This document shows positions 12,529 through 24,699 of a stretch of DNA of 64,000 bases, piece after piece (position 1 is the stretch's first letter; every line of letters starts with the position of its first letter). A program made the position numbers and the translations under genes. The DNA comes from Octopus vulgaris (Eukaryota). The DNA lies in NCBI GenBank assembly GCA_951406725.2, contig OX597829.1:27590001-27654000 (forward strand). The letters run 5' to 3'. The notes below the pieces were generated by a model that ran no database searches, was not told the DNA's origin, and saw only the letters and a program-made list of their open reading frames with translations.

Positions 12529-12927
12529 TTACTGTTTCAATCATTTGACTGTGGCCATGCTGGAGCACTGCCTTTAGTCGAAAAAAATCAACCTCAGGAC
12601 TTATTCTTTGTAAGCCTTAGTACTTATTTTATCGGTCTCTTTTGCCAAACTGCTAAGTTATGGGGGCATAAACACACCAACATCGGTTGTCAAGTGACGG
12701 GGGGAGGGCACAAACGCAGACACACAATTACATGCATACACATATACACAAACACACACATATATATGACAGGCTTCTTCCAGTTTTCTGTCTACCAAAT
12801 CCACCCACAAGGTTTTGGTTGGCCTGAGGCTATAGTTGAAGACACTTGCCCAAGGTGCCATGCAGTAGGACTAAACCCAGAATCATGTGGCTTGTAAGCA
12901 AGCTACTTACCACACAGCCACTCCTGC
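12529..12927 (-). mobile_element. SINE family A, full length
   Basis: Reverse complement of the family consensus; forms an inverted pair with 11944-12350. Confidence 0.85.
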
Positions 12928-12984
12928 ATCAATATAATGATGTAGACAACTAAGCACATTCTTATTCTTCATCTTTTGTTCCTT

Positions 12985-13310
12985 CAGCTTTCAGTTTTTA
13001 CAATCATTGAACAATGGCCATGCTGGGGTACTTCCCTGAAGGTTTTAGCTGAATGAATTCACCTCAGTAATAATATTCTTTTTAAAACCCAGTACTTATT
13101 CTATTGATCTCTAATGCCAAACTGCTATTTAAAAAAAAACAAATCTGGTTGCTAAGTGGTAGTGAGTGGCACACACATAGACACACACACATGTATATAT
13201 ACACACTATGGGCTTCTTTCTGTTTTTGTCTACCAAAGATGCTCACAAGGCTTTGGGCAGTTCAACGCTATTGTAGATAACATCTACTCAAAGTAACACA
13301 TACTGGGACA
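12985..13310 (-). mobile_element. SINE family A, old copy
   Basis: Degraded GGCCATGCTGGGG...GTCTACCAAA...CACAAGGCTTTG. Confidence 0.6.
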
Positions 13311-13361
13311 TATTTCTTTTCTTTAAAATGGGACAGAGATTTTTTTGTTGCAAGTGTGAAT

Positions 13362-14480
13362 GGTGGCATGCAGGCAGAATTGTTAGCACATTAGGCAAAA
13401 TGTTTAGTGGTATTTTATCTGTCTAAACATTCTGAGTTCATATTCTGCTGAGGTCAACTTTGCTTTTCATCCTTTCGGGGTCAATAAATTAAGTACCAGT
13501 GAAACACTGGAGTTGATATAACCGACTAGTCCCCTACCCACCATATTTCAGGCCTTGTGCCTTTAGTAGAAAAGATTATTATTATTATTGAAAAGGTGGT
13601 GAGCTGGCAGAATCATTATGTTGAGCAAAATGTTTAGCAGTATTTCATCTGTCTTAACATTCTGAGTTCATATTCTGCCGAGGTCAACTTTGCCTTTCAT
13701 CCTTTCAGGGTCAATAAATTAAGAACCAGTCAAGTACTGGGGTTGGTGTAATTGATTATCTCCCTCCCCACAAATTCCAGGCTTTGTGCCTATAGTAGAA
13801 AGGATTATTATTATTATTATCATGTGGCAAGGTGGTAGAATCATTCATGCTTCAGAGAAAATGCTAAGTGGCCTTTCTTCTGGCTCTTTACATTGTAAGT
13901 TCAAATCTTGCTAAGTTCTACTCTGGTTTTTATCTTTCAGGGATGAATAAAATAACCCCCAACATCCTGTAAAACTGCTGGCTTTGTAGAAAAAAATTTG
14001 GGCAATTAATATTATTATAATTAAGGTAGGGAGCTGGCAAAAAAATCAGTAACATGCAGGACAATAATTTTTTTCTGGTTTCATTCTGAGTTCAAACCAT
14101 GCCAAGGTCAACTTTGCCTTTCATTCTTTTGGGGTCTGTAAGATAAGTACATCTTGAGCGCTGGACCATCCAGGTCTTGTGTCTATAGTAGAAAGAATTA
14201 ATATTATTATTATTAAGGTGAGGAGTTGGCAGAAGCTTTAGCATGGAAATAATGACCAGCAGTATATTTTCTGATTCATTATATTCTGAATTCTAATTCC
14301 ACAAAGGTCAACTTTGACTATCATTCTTTCAGGACCAATAAGATGAAATGTTATCTGAGAACAAGGATTAATGCAAACGGCTTACCCTTTTGCCTCAAAC
14401 TGATGACCTACTGCCAAAGTTTGAAAACATTATAAAAGCAGTGAATTGGCAGAATCCTTAGCACATCAGAAAATGCTTAA
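13362..14480 (+). mobile_element. Head-to-tail array of about 5-6 SINE family B copies
   Basis: Units of ~200-230 bp starting (G)AGCTGGCAGAA, joined by (ATT)n linkers. Confidence 0.8.
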
Positions 14481-14489
14481 TGGGTTAAT

Positions 14490-16522
14490 TTACCTCTCAT
14501 CATTTCTATTCTATGTTCCCTTCACTCAGTATTCTCTTCCTCCTGTTCTCTTCATTCAGTATTCTCCCTCAGTGACATTCACTCACTATTCTCCTCTCCT
14601 ATGTTCCCTTCATTCAGTATTCTCCCTCCTTTGTTAGCTTCATTCAGTATTCTCCCTCTCCTCCTTCTATGTTACATTCACTCAGTATTCTCCCTCTCTT
14701 ATGTTACCTTCACTCACTATTCTCCCTCTCCTATGTTACCTTCACTCACTATTCTCCCTCCTATATTACTTTCACTCAGTATTCTCCTCCTTCCCCTACT
14801 ATATTACCTTCACTCAGTATTCTCCCTCTCCTTCTTCTATGTTACATTCACTCAGTAGTCTCCCTCTCTTTCCCCTTTGACATTACCATCACTCAATATT
14901 CTCCCTCTCCTTCGTTTCCCATGTTACCTTCACTCAATATTCACCCTCTCCTATGTTACTTTCACTCAGTATTCTTCCTCTCCTAACCATCACTCAGCAT
15001 TCTCCCTCTCATAAGTTACCTTCACTCAGTATTCTCCCTCTCCTACCTTCACTCAGTATTAGACCTTTCCTTCTCTTTCTATATTACCTTCATTCAGTAT
15101 TCTCCCTACCTTATGTCATGTTCACACAGTATTCTCCCTCTCCTATCTAACCTTCACTTAGTATTCTCCATCTGGTTCTTCTCCTATGTTACCTTCACTT
15201 ACTATCCTCCCTCACCTTCCTCCCCTATATTACGTTCAATTAATATTCTCCTTCACCTATGTTACCTTCACTCAGAATTCTATCTCCACTATGTTACCTT
15301 TACTCAGTATTCTCCTTCTATGTTACTGTAACTCAATATTTTCCTCTCCTCTCCATTCTATATTACTTCCACTCAGCATTCTCCCTCTCCTATGTTACCT
15401 TCACTCATTATTCTCCCTCTCCTATGTTACCTTCACTCATTATTCTCCCTCTCCTTCTGACCCTATATTAGCATCACTTAGTATTTTCCGTCATCTATGT
15501 TACCTTCACTCAGTATTCTCCCTCTTGTCTGTTACCTTCACTCATTATGCTCCCTCTCCTGTTACCTTCACTCAGTATTCTCCCTCTTGTCTGTTACCTT
15601 CACTCATTATGTTCCCTCTCCTGTTATCTTCACTCAGTATTCTCCCTCTTGTCTGTTACCTTCACTCACTAAGCTCCCTCTGTTACCTTCACTCAGTATT
15701 CTCCCACTTGTCTGTTACCTTCACTCACTATGCTCCCTCTCCTATGTTACCTTCACTCAGTATTCTCCCTCTTGTCTGTTACCTTCACTCACTATGCTCC
15801 CTCCTATTTTACCATCACTCAGTATTCTCCCTCCCTTTCCAACCCTATATTACCTTCACCTATGTTAACTTCATGCAATATTCTCCCTCTCATCTGTTAA
15901 CTTCACTCAGTATTCTCCCTCTCCTACATAACCTTCTCTCAGTATTCTCCATCTTCAACTGCTCCTATGTTACCATCACCTAGTATTCTCTCTCCTATAT
16001 TACCTTCACTTAGTATTCTCCATCTCCTATATTACCTTCACTTAGTATTCTCCCTCTCCTTCAACCCGTTACCTTTACTCAGTATTCTCCTTCTCCTTTT
16101 ATATTATCTTCACTCAGTATTCTCCCACTCCTTCCTCTCTTATGTTACCTTCACTCACTATTCTCCCTCTTATGTTACCTTCACTCACTATTCTCCCTCT
16201 CCTATGTTACCTTCACTCACTATTCTCCCTCTCCTATATTACTTTCACTCAGTATTCTCCTCCTTCCCCTTCTATATTACTTTCACGCAATATTTCCCCT
16301 CTCCCATGTTACCTTCTTGCAGCATTCTCCCTCTCCTATGCTACCTTCACTCAGTGTTCTCCTTGTCCTTCATCTTTTACATTACCTTCACTGGGTATTC
16401 TTCCTCATCTTCCTGTCCTATGTTATTTTCACTCAGTCTTCTCCCTCTCCTCCCTCACTTATTTTATTTTTACTTAGTATTCTCTATCTCCTTTTACCGC
16501 CTATGTTACCTTCACTCAGTGT
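14490..16522 (+). repeat. Satellite block, shorter and more homogeneous 29-32-bp unit ATGTTACCTTCACTCAGTATTCTCCCTCTCCT
   Basis: Near-perfect tandem copies around 15480-15800 and 16140-16230. Confidence 0.9.
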
Positions 16523-16814
16523 TTATTTTAACAACAACGAAATCACAAGTATTAGGTTCAATAGTAATGATTTGCCCAACTTGTCTCAAAACTATTGGCC
16601 TTGTGAATAAATTTGAACTTATTGTTATTATCATTATTTTTTAAGTTGAAAAAAAAAAGAAAAAATTTATATCTTTTAAACAAATATCTCACTTGAGATC
16701 ATTGCCCAAACATACAAATTATTAATTGCATCATTCTGATTGATGTTATTTTTTATGAACATAAAATTAGTAGGCATGATGAAAGAACAAAGATAAATTC
16801 AGATTTAGCCTACT

Positions 16815-16949
16815 TACAATATAGATTGCATTAATAAACTAATCTAACTTATTGGATTGAAAGTATTCTGGATTACATCTTGCAATGTGTTCTGTCTCTC
16901 TTATTTCACAACGATCATAAGCAAGTAGTTATTGAATGGACTTTTCTTT
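16815..16949 (-). other. Candidate non-coding (5' UTR or lncRNA) exon
   Basis: Minus-strand acceptor TTTTTTTTTTTCCCCATTTCATTTCAG| and donor |GTAAGTAG around unique sequence; stops in all three frames. Confidence 0.4.
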
Positions 16950-17214
16950 CTGAAATGAAATGGGGAAAAAAAAAAAGCAAGATAAGATATAGCAATACAA
17001 TAGGCATAAGGCATGGCTGTATTTTTAAGAAGCAGGTGTCTTCTTTTATGGCTCCAAACCAAGTGCATTGTGAGGGAATTTAATAGACGGAAAGAGTGCA
17101 AAACATGGAGTAGATTGTCAACTTTACAACTCTAACATTACAAGTCTGTCTTACTCCATAGCATCTCTAAGTTTGTACATATGTATATAAATATATACAC
17201 AAATACATCTTTTA

Positions 17215-17525
17215 ACTTTTACCTGCTTCAATCATTTTAGACTGTATCTATGCTGGAACTCTGCTTTGAAGAATTTTAGTCCAAAAAATTGACCTCCCAG
17301 TATATATTTTTTTTTCTATCAGTCTACTTTTACTGAACTACCAAGTTGTCAGGCGGTGGTAGTGGGACAAACACAGACACAAACCACAAACATACATGTG
17401 TGTGTGTATAAATACTATGGTCTTTCAGTTTCTGTCTATCAACTGTACTCACAAGGCTTTGGTCAGTCTAAAACTATAGTAGAAGACACTTGCTTCTAGT
17501 GGACTACCCAGGACCATGTGATTAC
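17215..17525 (-). mobile_element. SINE family A, degraded
   Basis: CTCACAAGGCTTTGGTC...TATAGTAGAAGACACTTG. Confidence 0.65.
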
Positions 17526-17539
17526 ATGTGTGTGTGTAT

Positions 17540-18060
17540 CATCACCATCATTTAACGTCTGCTTTCTATGCTGGCATGGGTTGGACAGTTTGACTGAAAA
17601 CTGGTAAGCTGCATCAAGTTCCATTTTGATTTGGTAGGGTTTCTAAGGCTGACTGCCCTTCCTAATGACAACCACTCTAAGAGTGGTGCTTCTTATGTGC
17701 CACTGGCACCAGTGCTATTGATCTGATACAGGCATCGGCCATAACTAAGATCTCACTTGGCTTGACAGGTCTTCTCAAGAACAGTGTATCCCCAAAGGTC
17801 TTGGTCACCTGTCACTGCCTCCGTGACACCCAATGCTTGAACGGTGCTCTATATGTGCCACTGGCATGGGTGCCAGTCAAACAGCACTGGCATTGACCAC
17901 AACTACGATTTCACTTGACTTGACAGGTTTTCTCAAGCACAACATATCACCAAACGTTTCAAGGATGCTTTTTATGCTCCAGTTACACAACACTGGCATC
18001 GTCTACGACTACAATCTTACTTAGCTTGATGGGTCTTCTCAAATACAGCATATCGTCAAA
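17540..18060 (-). mobile_element. RTE-tailed repeat with three ~130-bp internal subrepeats
   Basis: CATCATTTAACGTCTGCTTTCTATGCTGGCATGGGTTGGAC; repeated ATGTGCCACTGGCA...CACTTG(G/A)CTTGACAGG. Confidence 0.65.
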
Positions 18061-18624
18061 GGAAGAATGGATAGTAACAGAGTAGAAGGAAGAAGAGGAA
18101 GAAAAGAACACTGAGTGTGATGTGGTACCCCCAGTCCAACTCCATCCCACCCGCCCCCTTCCCCCCACAGGAAAAAAAAAAGAAAAAGAAAAAAAGCGCA
18201 GACACCACACAGAATTTAGAAAACCCCCTCCCCCCGGTGAAAAGAGGTTGAGTGTTGTCATTGAGCGATGTATATATACAGACACACACACTCATCTATG
18301 TATGTGTTTGTCCCTCACCACCATTTGACAACTGGTGTTGGTTTGTTTACATCCCCATAACTTAGCAAAGTTCGATGGAATAAGTACCAGGCTCAAAAAT
18401 ATGTATCAAGGTTGTTTCAGCATGACCCCAGTCAAATGTTTAAAACTAGTAGTACATTAAAATAATAATTATAATTTACACCTGTGAAATATGTACCTGT
18501 AAAATTTCATAAAAATATGCAAATTAAGTTATAAAGAAAACAGTTATTTCGGGAAAGCAACACAAACTATTCATGTCATGTTGTCAATATCCTTAGTTAA
18601 ATTTATAGACTTTATTATTTTTTT

Positions 18625-19002
18625 TACTTGTATCAGTCATTAGATTATGGCCATGCTGGGGCACTGTCTAGAGGAAATTTTTTAGTCAAGTGAATCAAAC
18701 TCAGTACTTTTTTAAAGCCTGGTATTCAATCGATTTCTTTTGTCGAACTGCTAGATTACAGCGACGTAAACACACCAACATGGCTGAGAGGGACAAACAG
18801 TCACAAAGACACACACATGTATGTATGTATATACGACGTGCTTCTTTCAGTTTCCGTCTACCAAATCCACTCACAAGGCTTTATAGCTGGCCTGAGGCTG
18901 TAAGTGGAAGACATTTTGCCCAGGGCGCCATACCGTCTGACTGAACCTGGAACCATGTGGTTGAGAAGCAAGCTTCTTACTACAACACCACAGCTGCACC
19001 TA
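18625..19002 (-). mobile_element. SINE family A
   Basis: Reverse-complement consensus match. Confidence 0.75.
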
Positions 19003-19492
19003 TAGAAACGAGCATTGATTTTTGCCTCAGTGAATATCAGTAACAGAAAACACGAGACGGATCTCAGAGAAATAACAAGATAGATCAGGCGTGGTTTGTA
19101 TGGTAAAGAAGCTTACTTCCCAACCACTCAGTTCGGAGAGTTCACTGCGTGTCACCTTGGGAAAAGTGTCTTTTATTTTAACTTGGGGACGACCAAAGCC
19201 TTGTGAGTGAATATGGTAGACGGAAGCTGAAAGAACCCCCTAGAATATTCGTATGTATGTGTGTGTGTATATACATATATATATATATATATATAAAATG
19301 AGATAGGGGTTGAAAATTCAACCCACCATGGGATAACATATATCCAATATACTGCTAGATAGGTACCCAACAAGACTAATACATAGATGTTAAAAATTGC
19401 CAAACAATATATATATATATATATGTAGGTCCCGGGTTGAGTCGGGGTTAACCACAGTAAATAAGGTACTCAATACATAGCAGAGTAAATTA

Positions 19493-19566
19493 ATTTATTT
19501 TATAGAAGGAGCTTCTACAGGATGAAACAGTTCTAGTCCTGTAGAAGCTCCTTCTATAAAATAAAT
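19493..19566. repeat. Perfect 30-bp inverted repeat with 14-nt loop, in (TA)n
   Basis: ATTTATTTTATAGAAGGAGCTTCTACAGGA / TCCTGTAGAAGCTCCTTCTATAAAATAAAT. Confidence 0.9.
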
Positions 19567-19589
19567 ATATATATATGTATACATACACA

Positions 19590-19805
19590 CGAAGGGGTGC
19601 TGAAAAATTCCCTGCTTTAAGGGTGTTTCGAAAGGCCTGGATGGAGGCCCAACTTTCCGAGTTCTTTTACAGGGCTTAGAAAAACTGAAGGCCCGCTGTA
19701 ATGAGTGTGTGAATCTGAGAGGGAATATGTTGAATAAAATCATAATTAACTGATCCTCCTGTATTTTCTTTTACCCAAAGCCAGGAACTTTTCAGCACCA
19801 CACCG
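19590..19805 (+). mobile_element. Mariner internal-deletion derivative (MITE)
   Basis: TIR CGA(A/G)GGGGTGCTGAAAA..TCC..GCTTT; retains a transposase C-terminal-like remnant (cleanest in the copy at 62335: KCVNLRGEYV). Confidence 0.8.
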
Positions 19806-20071
19806 TATGTCTATGTGTGTGTGTATATTTGTCCTCCCACCACTACCACTGCTTGACAACCGGTGTTGGTATTTACGTCCCAGTAACTTAGCGGTTCTGC
19901 AAAAGGAATCGATAGAATAAGTACTGGGGGGGGTGTCAATGCTTTCGATTAAAAAATGTTTCAAGGTGATGCCCCAGCATGACCGGTCAAATGACTGGAA
20001 AAGCTTTAAAAAGAAAATAAATAAATAAATAAATAAAAGGAGATAGTTTGATGGTATAGTCCAAGACATAC

Positions 20072-20134
20072 CCTATGACAGAATGCCCAAAGGTTGAACA
20101 AACTATAATCGCCGGATTGCTCGATTAAACAGAC
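20072..20134 (-). other. Candidate 63-nt exon
   Basis: Minus-strand acceptor TTGTTCTTGTTTACCTTTCAG|G and donor AGG|GTATGT; unique sequence just left of a CpG-rich promoter-like region. Confidence 0.5.
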
Positions 20135-20369
20135 CTGAAAGGTAAACAAGAACAAATGTGTATGTGTGTGTGTGTGTACAAAATGTAAACGTATAATACA
20201 GTATACACACTGTAATTAATCAAGTTTTATCCTTCGCTAATTTCAACATATATACAAATACAATTTTTAAAAAAAAATTAAACATAAGATACGGCTAGAG
20301 CTCGGGTGTTGACTATGAGTAAGTAGTAAATAAAATCTGACAAGTGAAAATGAGTTTAAGCCTTTGCTA

Positions 20370-20540
20370 TCTTCAAACGTCGCGCCATTGTCCGGACGTT
20401 CTGTAGTCACTTAACTGCGTTCTGGCGGTCAGGACGTGATGTGCGCAAAACATGCGTTTGACGTAACGAAAAACGCATGTCACATGACCCGACAGTGGCT
20501 GTGACGTTGTTATCCAATGCGGACTGACAGGAGACAGTTG
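20370..20540. promoter_or_regulatory. CpG-rich promoter-like element
   Basis: CRE-like TGACGTAA (20459) and TGACGTTG, E-box GTCACATGAC (20479), CCAAT (20514), NRF1-like TGCGCA/GCATG, YY1-like CGCCATTG (~20383); CpG clearly above the flanks. Confidence 0.55.
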
Positions 20541-21879
20541 TGAAAAGATTTAGCTACCCTGAGAGCTAAGCTAATGAGATAGATTGATTATATATATATA
20601 TATACATATATTTATATATATGTAAATATATATATATATATATATGTATATGTATATATATATATATGTATACATATATATATATTTATGCATACACGTA
20701 TATGTATATATATAGAGCGTTCACAGATACTACAGGCACACGCATACGAATATACTCATTTGGCAAAAAGAGTTTTTCAGCTTCAAGTGAGAGACGGAGT
20801 GAAAGCAGTAATATTATAATCTTATAAAGCTACGAGAAGTCTTACTTTACTTCTGTAAATCTGCGGGTGTCTTTATTGTTGGCCGCAGATTAACATCAAA
20901 TTTCTGCTGGCCACAAGCCATTTAAACTATATTTTGCATATATATATATGAATATATATATATATTTATATATATATTTGTCACAATATAAAGTAAGATA
21001 CAAAGACACATTTCTCTCTGCCACGCTTTATATTTAGCGATATACATAGACACACCTATATTTATATATACATATACACATTAATATTTATATATGTATG
21101 TATGTATATTAATACCGGAGTACCATTTTGTTAATTTTCTAAACACGTACAGAAAATAATAATATAAATCTTTTTTCTTGGAAAACTGCTGTGTCCAAGG
21201 AAGGAGAGACCTACAGTAGGGTTTTTTGTTTTTTAAAAAAATTTTTTTTTGAGGTAAAAGTTTACGTGAGAAAAAAAAAAAAAACGAAAAGGAGAATAAA
21301 TATTCAAAAAAACAGGTTCGCGGATATTTTTGCACTTCAATGACGATGAATGACGAAACGGATTCTGGCCGTAGATTGGTAGGTTTTTTTTTTCCTCCCT
21401 ATACAATACACCAAAAGGTTATGTATTTTAACTGGGAATTGAAAACTATGTCAGCCAATGAACACACACACACACACACAAACACAAAAATCTGTCTCGC
21501 ACACATGCACATACGAACAAGAATGATCAAGGGAGCCTTTTAATGTCTTGTCTTTTATTATTACTGATTTAGTTTAGTAAGGGAAAAATTATATATATAT
21601 ATATATATACATACATATGTAAAAAGCAGTTGTACAAAGGTTAGATTATTTATTTGATTGTTGTGTGTATTTATTCTGTGTGTATGTTATAATATTTATG
21701 TATGTGTGTGTCTGTGTGTGCTGGCTGACATAGTTTTCGATTTCCGCAGTTAAAACACAAAAGTAACTCAATAAAAATAAATAAATAAATATATCTGTCT
21801 CTCTCTCCATATATATTTATACATAATATATATTTCCTATAATCTGGTAAATATATATATATAAAAAAAAAGACTGTAC

Positions 21880-22145
21880 AGAAGCTGATCTTCCTGTCGT
21901 CAAAGAAAAACCGCCGTTTGATGGATCACATTTACAACTAAAACGCCTCACTACAGCAGCCATCTTGTCAACATTAACCTCCCTCCCCCTTTCACTTTAT
22001 CTCTAATAATACTTTCTCTCTTTCTATCTCGCTGTCTTTTTTTTTTTTTTCCACTTTCCTTTTTCTTTCTCCCCCTCCCCCCTTCTCTTATTTAATGTTG
22101 AGTTGTTTTGTTTTTTTTTTCTCCTACTTCGCAGCCAATTGTAAA
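21880..22145 (-). promoter_or_regulatory. Second promoter-like region (YY1 motif, CCAAT)
   Basis: GCAGCCATCTTG = CAAGATGGCTGC on the minus strand (YY1 consensus, typically just downstream of a TSS); GCCAAT near 22134. Confidence 0.4.
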
Positions 22146-22596
22146 TAATGGTTTACCTTGAGTCATTTATCTTTCTTAAAATGTATCAACAAACCTTGAT
22201 AAAATCAACAGCATATTCTCATCAGAACTGTCGTTATTTCAATGCATTTTATTTTCATTTTTTTTTTTTTTAGCATTTTATGCTACTGCTCAGCTTGTAA
22301 TAAATATGCACACATGTTTACAAGGGATTTACCTATGTAGTCATTCGACTTAGAAGAAATAGTAAGCAAATCTCCCTCAAATTACACTCCATTGTTTTAC
22401 AGGAAAGAACAATACACATTTAAAGTGTGGTCCTAGGTACCATCTTCGCCACTACATAAAACGATGGTCAGGACTCACATGGAGTTAACAATACATTGTA
22501 TAAGTATGCATGTGTGTGTGTGTGTGTAAGTGAATATAAGCAATATATATACGCGTGTGTTAAGAATTTATACATAATTGTTTAAATGTATAGTTT

Positions 22597-22628
<32 letters not shown>

Positions 22629-23099
22629 ACGTGATGTTGGTGTATATATAGATATCAACATTTAACGTCCGTTTTCCATGCTGGTATAAGTTGGACATAC
22701 ACACACACATTATATACACGTTTATAAATGTGTTTTATATATATATATTATACACGCGCGCGCGCACATTTACACGCTTATCCGTGTGTGCGTGGAGTTA
22801 CGGAATAGCCATCTGTCTCACGAGGAAGGAAAAGGGACATGGAATTGGGGGCAAAAGTGTAAAAAAAAATACTGAAATTTATGGGGAAAAGTCTTTCACA
22901 AACATTGTCATTGCTGTTTTATGAAATACAGGAATAATTAAAAAAACATTAAAAAACCCAAACATCCTTTCACCCCAATCTTATTTAACCTTCCCCATGA
23001 AGTATAACCTGTTCCAAAACTCCACCTATATGTATATATATATATATGTATATATATGTATGTATGTATATATATGTATGTATATGTATGTATGTATAC

Positions 23100-24600
23100 A
23101 CTCCCAGGCACATGCAAAACGAAAAGCTCCAACAATTGCCAGGATCCTGATGGAATGATATGTATAATCCCTCATCACATACCCTAAAAGGCGCAGTCTC
23201 TTTGAAAGAGGTTAGATCCATCTTTTATGGTCTGTTAAATGAATACGGTGGATCTTATCGAAATCCCAGTCAGTTGCATACTGACAAACAAGACATGCAC
23301 AATGTCTTATTATGATTGGATAAAGACCATCGTCTATTGTCTCAGGAATTGTTTAATGATACCTGTCTAGTCATCATCAATCGGTACATCTCTACTGAAA
23401 AGACCAGTCGCAATAGTTATTTAAAAAAAAACGGGGAGGGGATAAATTTCGACATGCTTTTAAACAAGTGGATCCAGCAGCAGTAACGGAGCAAGTTTGT
23501 GGAATTCTCTTTCTTTCATCCATTATTACAACCAGCCGTGCTTTGCTGACGTTTGTGTTGCTATAAAAAAATTCTTGGAAAAATGTAAATTTCCTGGGTC
23601 AGACGTTCTTGCAGAAATGTTGCGTGATGGGTTGTTACCTCTACATACGAACAGTTTCATTGCTACAACAATGTTGGATAAACTGTCGGAATCAGGAGCA
23701 CCGTCCACTTACTCTTTGCTTGTCCAAATCATTTTCATAAGTTTGTCCTAAACATCCGTGCTTGTTATTCAGACTAAGTTAGTAGTCCTTGTTATATACG
23801 TCGGGAGTGATGTAAAGCTTTCTTTTGATAAGTCACAAGTTACTTTGATGATTAAGGGGGAAAATGCGAGTGTGTATCATATATGTTGCATGGACGTCAG
23901 GGAAACATGTCCTGTGTATCTCGTGATACACAGATCAGGCAAAGGGTTAATAGTGCAATGATGCTGATATCGTTTTCAGCATCTAGAAAAATGAGAATGA
24001 CAACTATGGTCCAATAGTAGAATCGTAGAACCGTTGTGAAGAGAAGCAACATCAACCTTGCAAAAGAGGAAGACAATGCTATGCAACGATTCAGTTCTGC
24101 AGTTGGCTTCTCACTGTAGGGGTGGGATTGAAGATAATGGAAGATAATCGTGCCGATCATTACAAGGAGAAGCGAGAAAAACGGCATGAGTGCAGAGGGA
24201 ACGTCCTGACCAAATCCGTGTTCGAAAAGACTCGGTTAATGAATATCAGAAAACATCGCTCCAAGAGTCACAGTACAACTTCCACTGGAATTGAATGAAG
24301 CACAGCCAATATCTTTCTCACAAAGCAGCGTGAAACATTGGGATCTGTTCATTTGATCTTTTGATGTGTCTAGGGTTTTTAACAATATAAACAGAACTTC
24401 CGTTGGATGTTCTCTGAAACTTTGGTTCCAAACCCAAATTTGTGAAATCTCCCTCAGCTCTACTCATGAATGATGACCTGAATTGCTTTTCGGAGGGCAG
24501 AAATCTGACACCTTCAAGTGTAAATAAACGGGAATTAGTCATGGCTGCATGCTAGCAACCTTTACTGTTTGATGTTTTCCTAATATGTGACCATGTTGAT
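23100..24600 (-). mobile_element. Highly degraded LINE remnant (probably RTE-type AP endonuclease region)
   Basis: Minus-strand fragment FCKVDVASL resembles APE 'YKVDIAAL'; a later TFFQ motif; paralogous to 25760-25935. Confidence 0.4.
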
Positions 24601-24699
24601 TTATTTATGCATGCGCGCATGTACATACACATGTATATCTTCTTCATCATAAACTATAAAACGTGTAGGAGCCTTTGTTAACCTCCGGCATCAGTTGTT

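Larger units (their letters stand above)
19087..20010 (+). mobile_element. SINE family A split by nested insertions in its central (TA)n
   Basis: 5' half at 19087-19245 and 3' half at ~19825-20010; a hairpin element and a mariner MITE lie between them. Confidence 0.65.

Noticed and set aside
14490-16522. CRISPR-like appearance of ~30-bp repeats
   Set aside because: Units are contiguous with no unique spacers, there are no cas genes, and the context is eukaryotic
7932-16644. Long Leu/Ser/Pro/Phe-rich ORFs (up to 265 aa)
   Set aside because: Translations of the G-poor satellite, open in several frames because stop codons are scarce; no domain signal
16694-16716. bantam-like miRNA start TGAGATCATTG
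   Set aside because: 3' half does not match and no hairpin partner is seen
22985-23221. Gypsy RT-like motif (ETAPFRVCDEGLY)
   Set aside because: Too short, with no flanking YxDD or other RT motifs
24230-24542. PAN/apple-like Cys pattern (CFTLLCEKDIGCASFNSSGSC)
   Set aside because: Needs a frameshift, lacks splice signals and lies within a degraded LINE-like region
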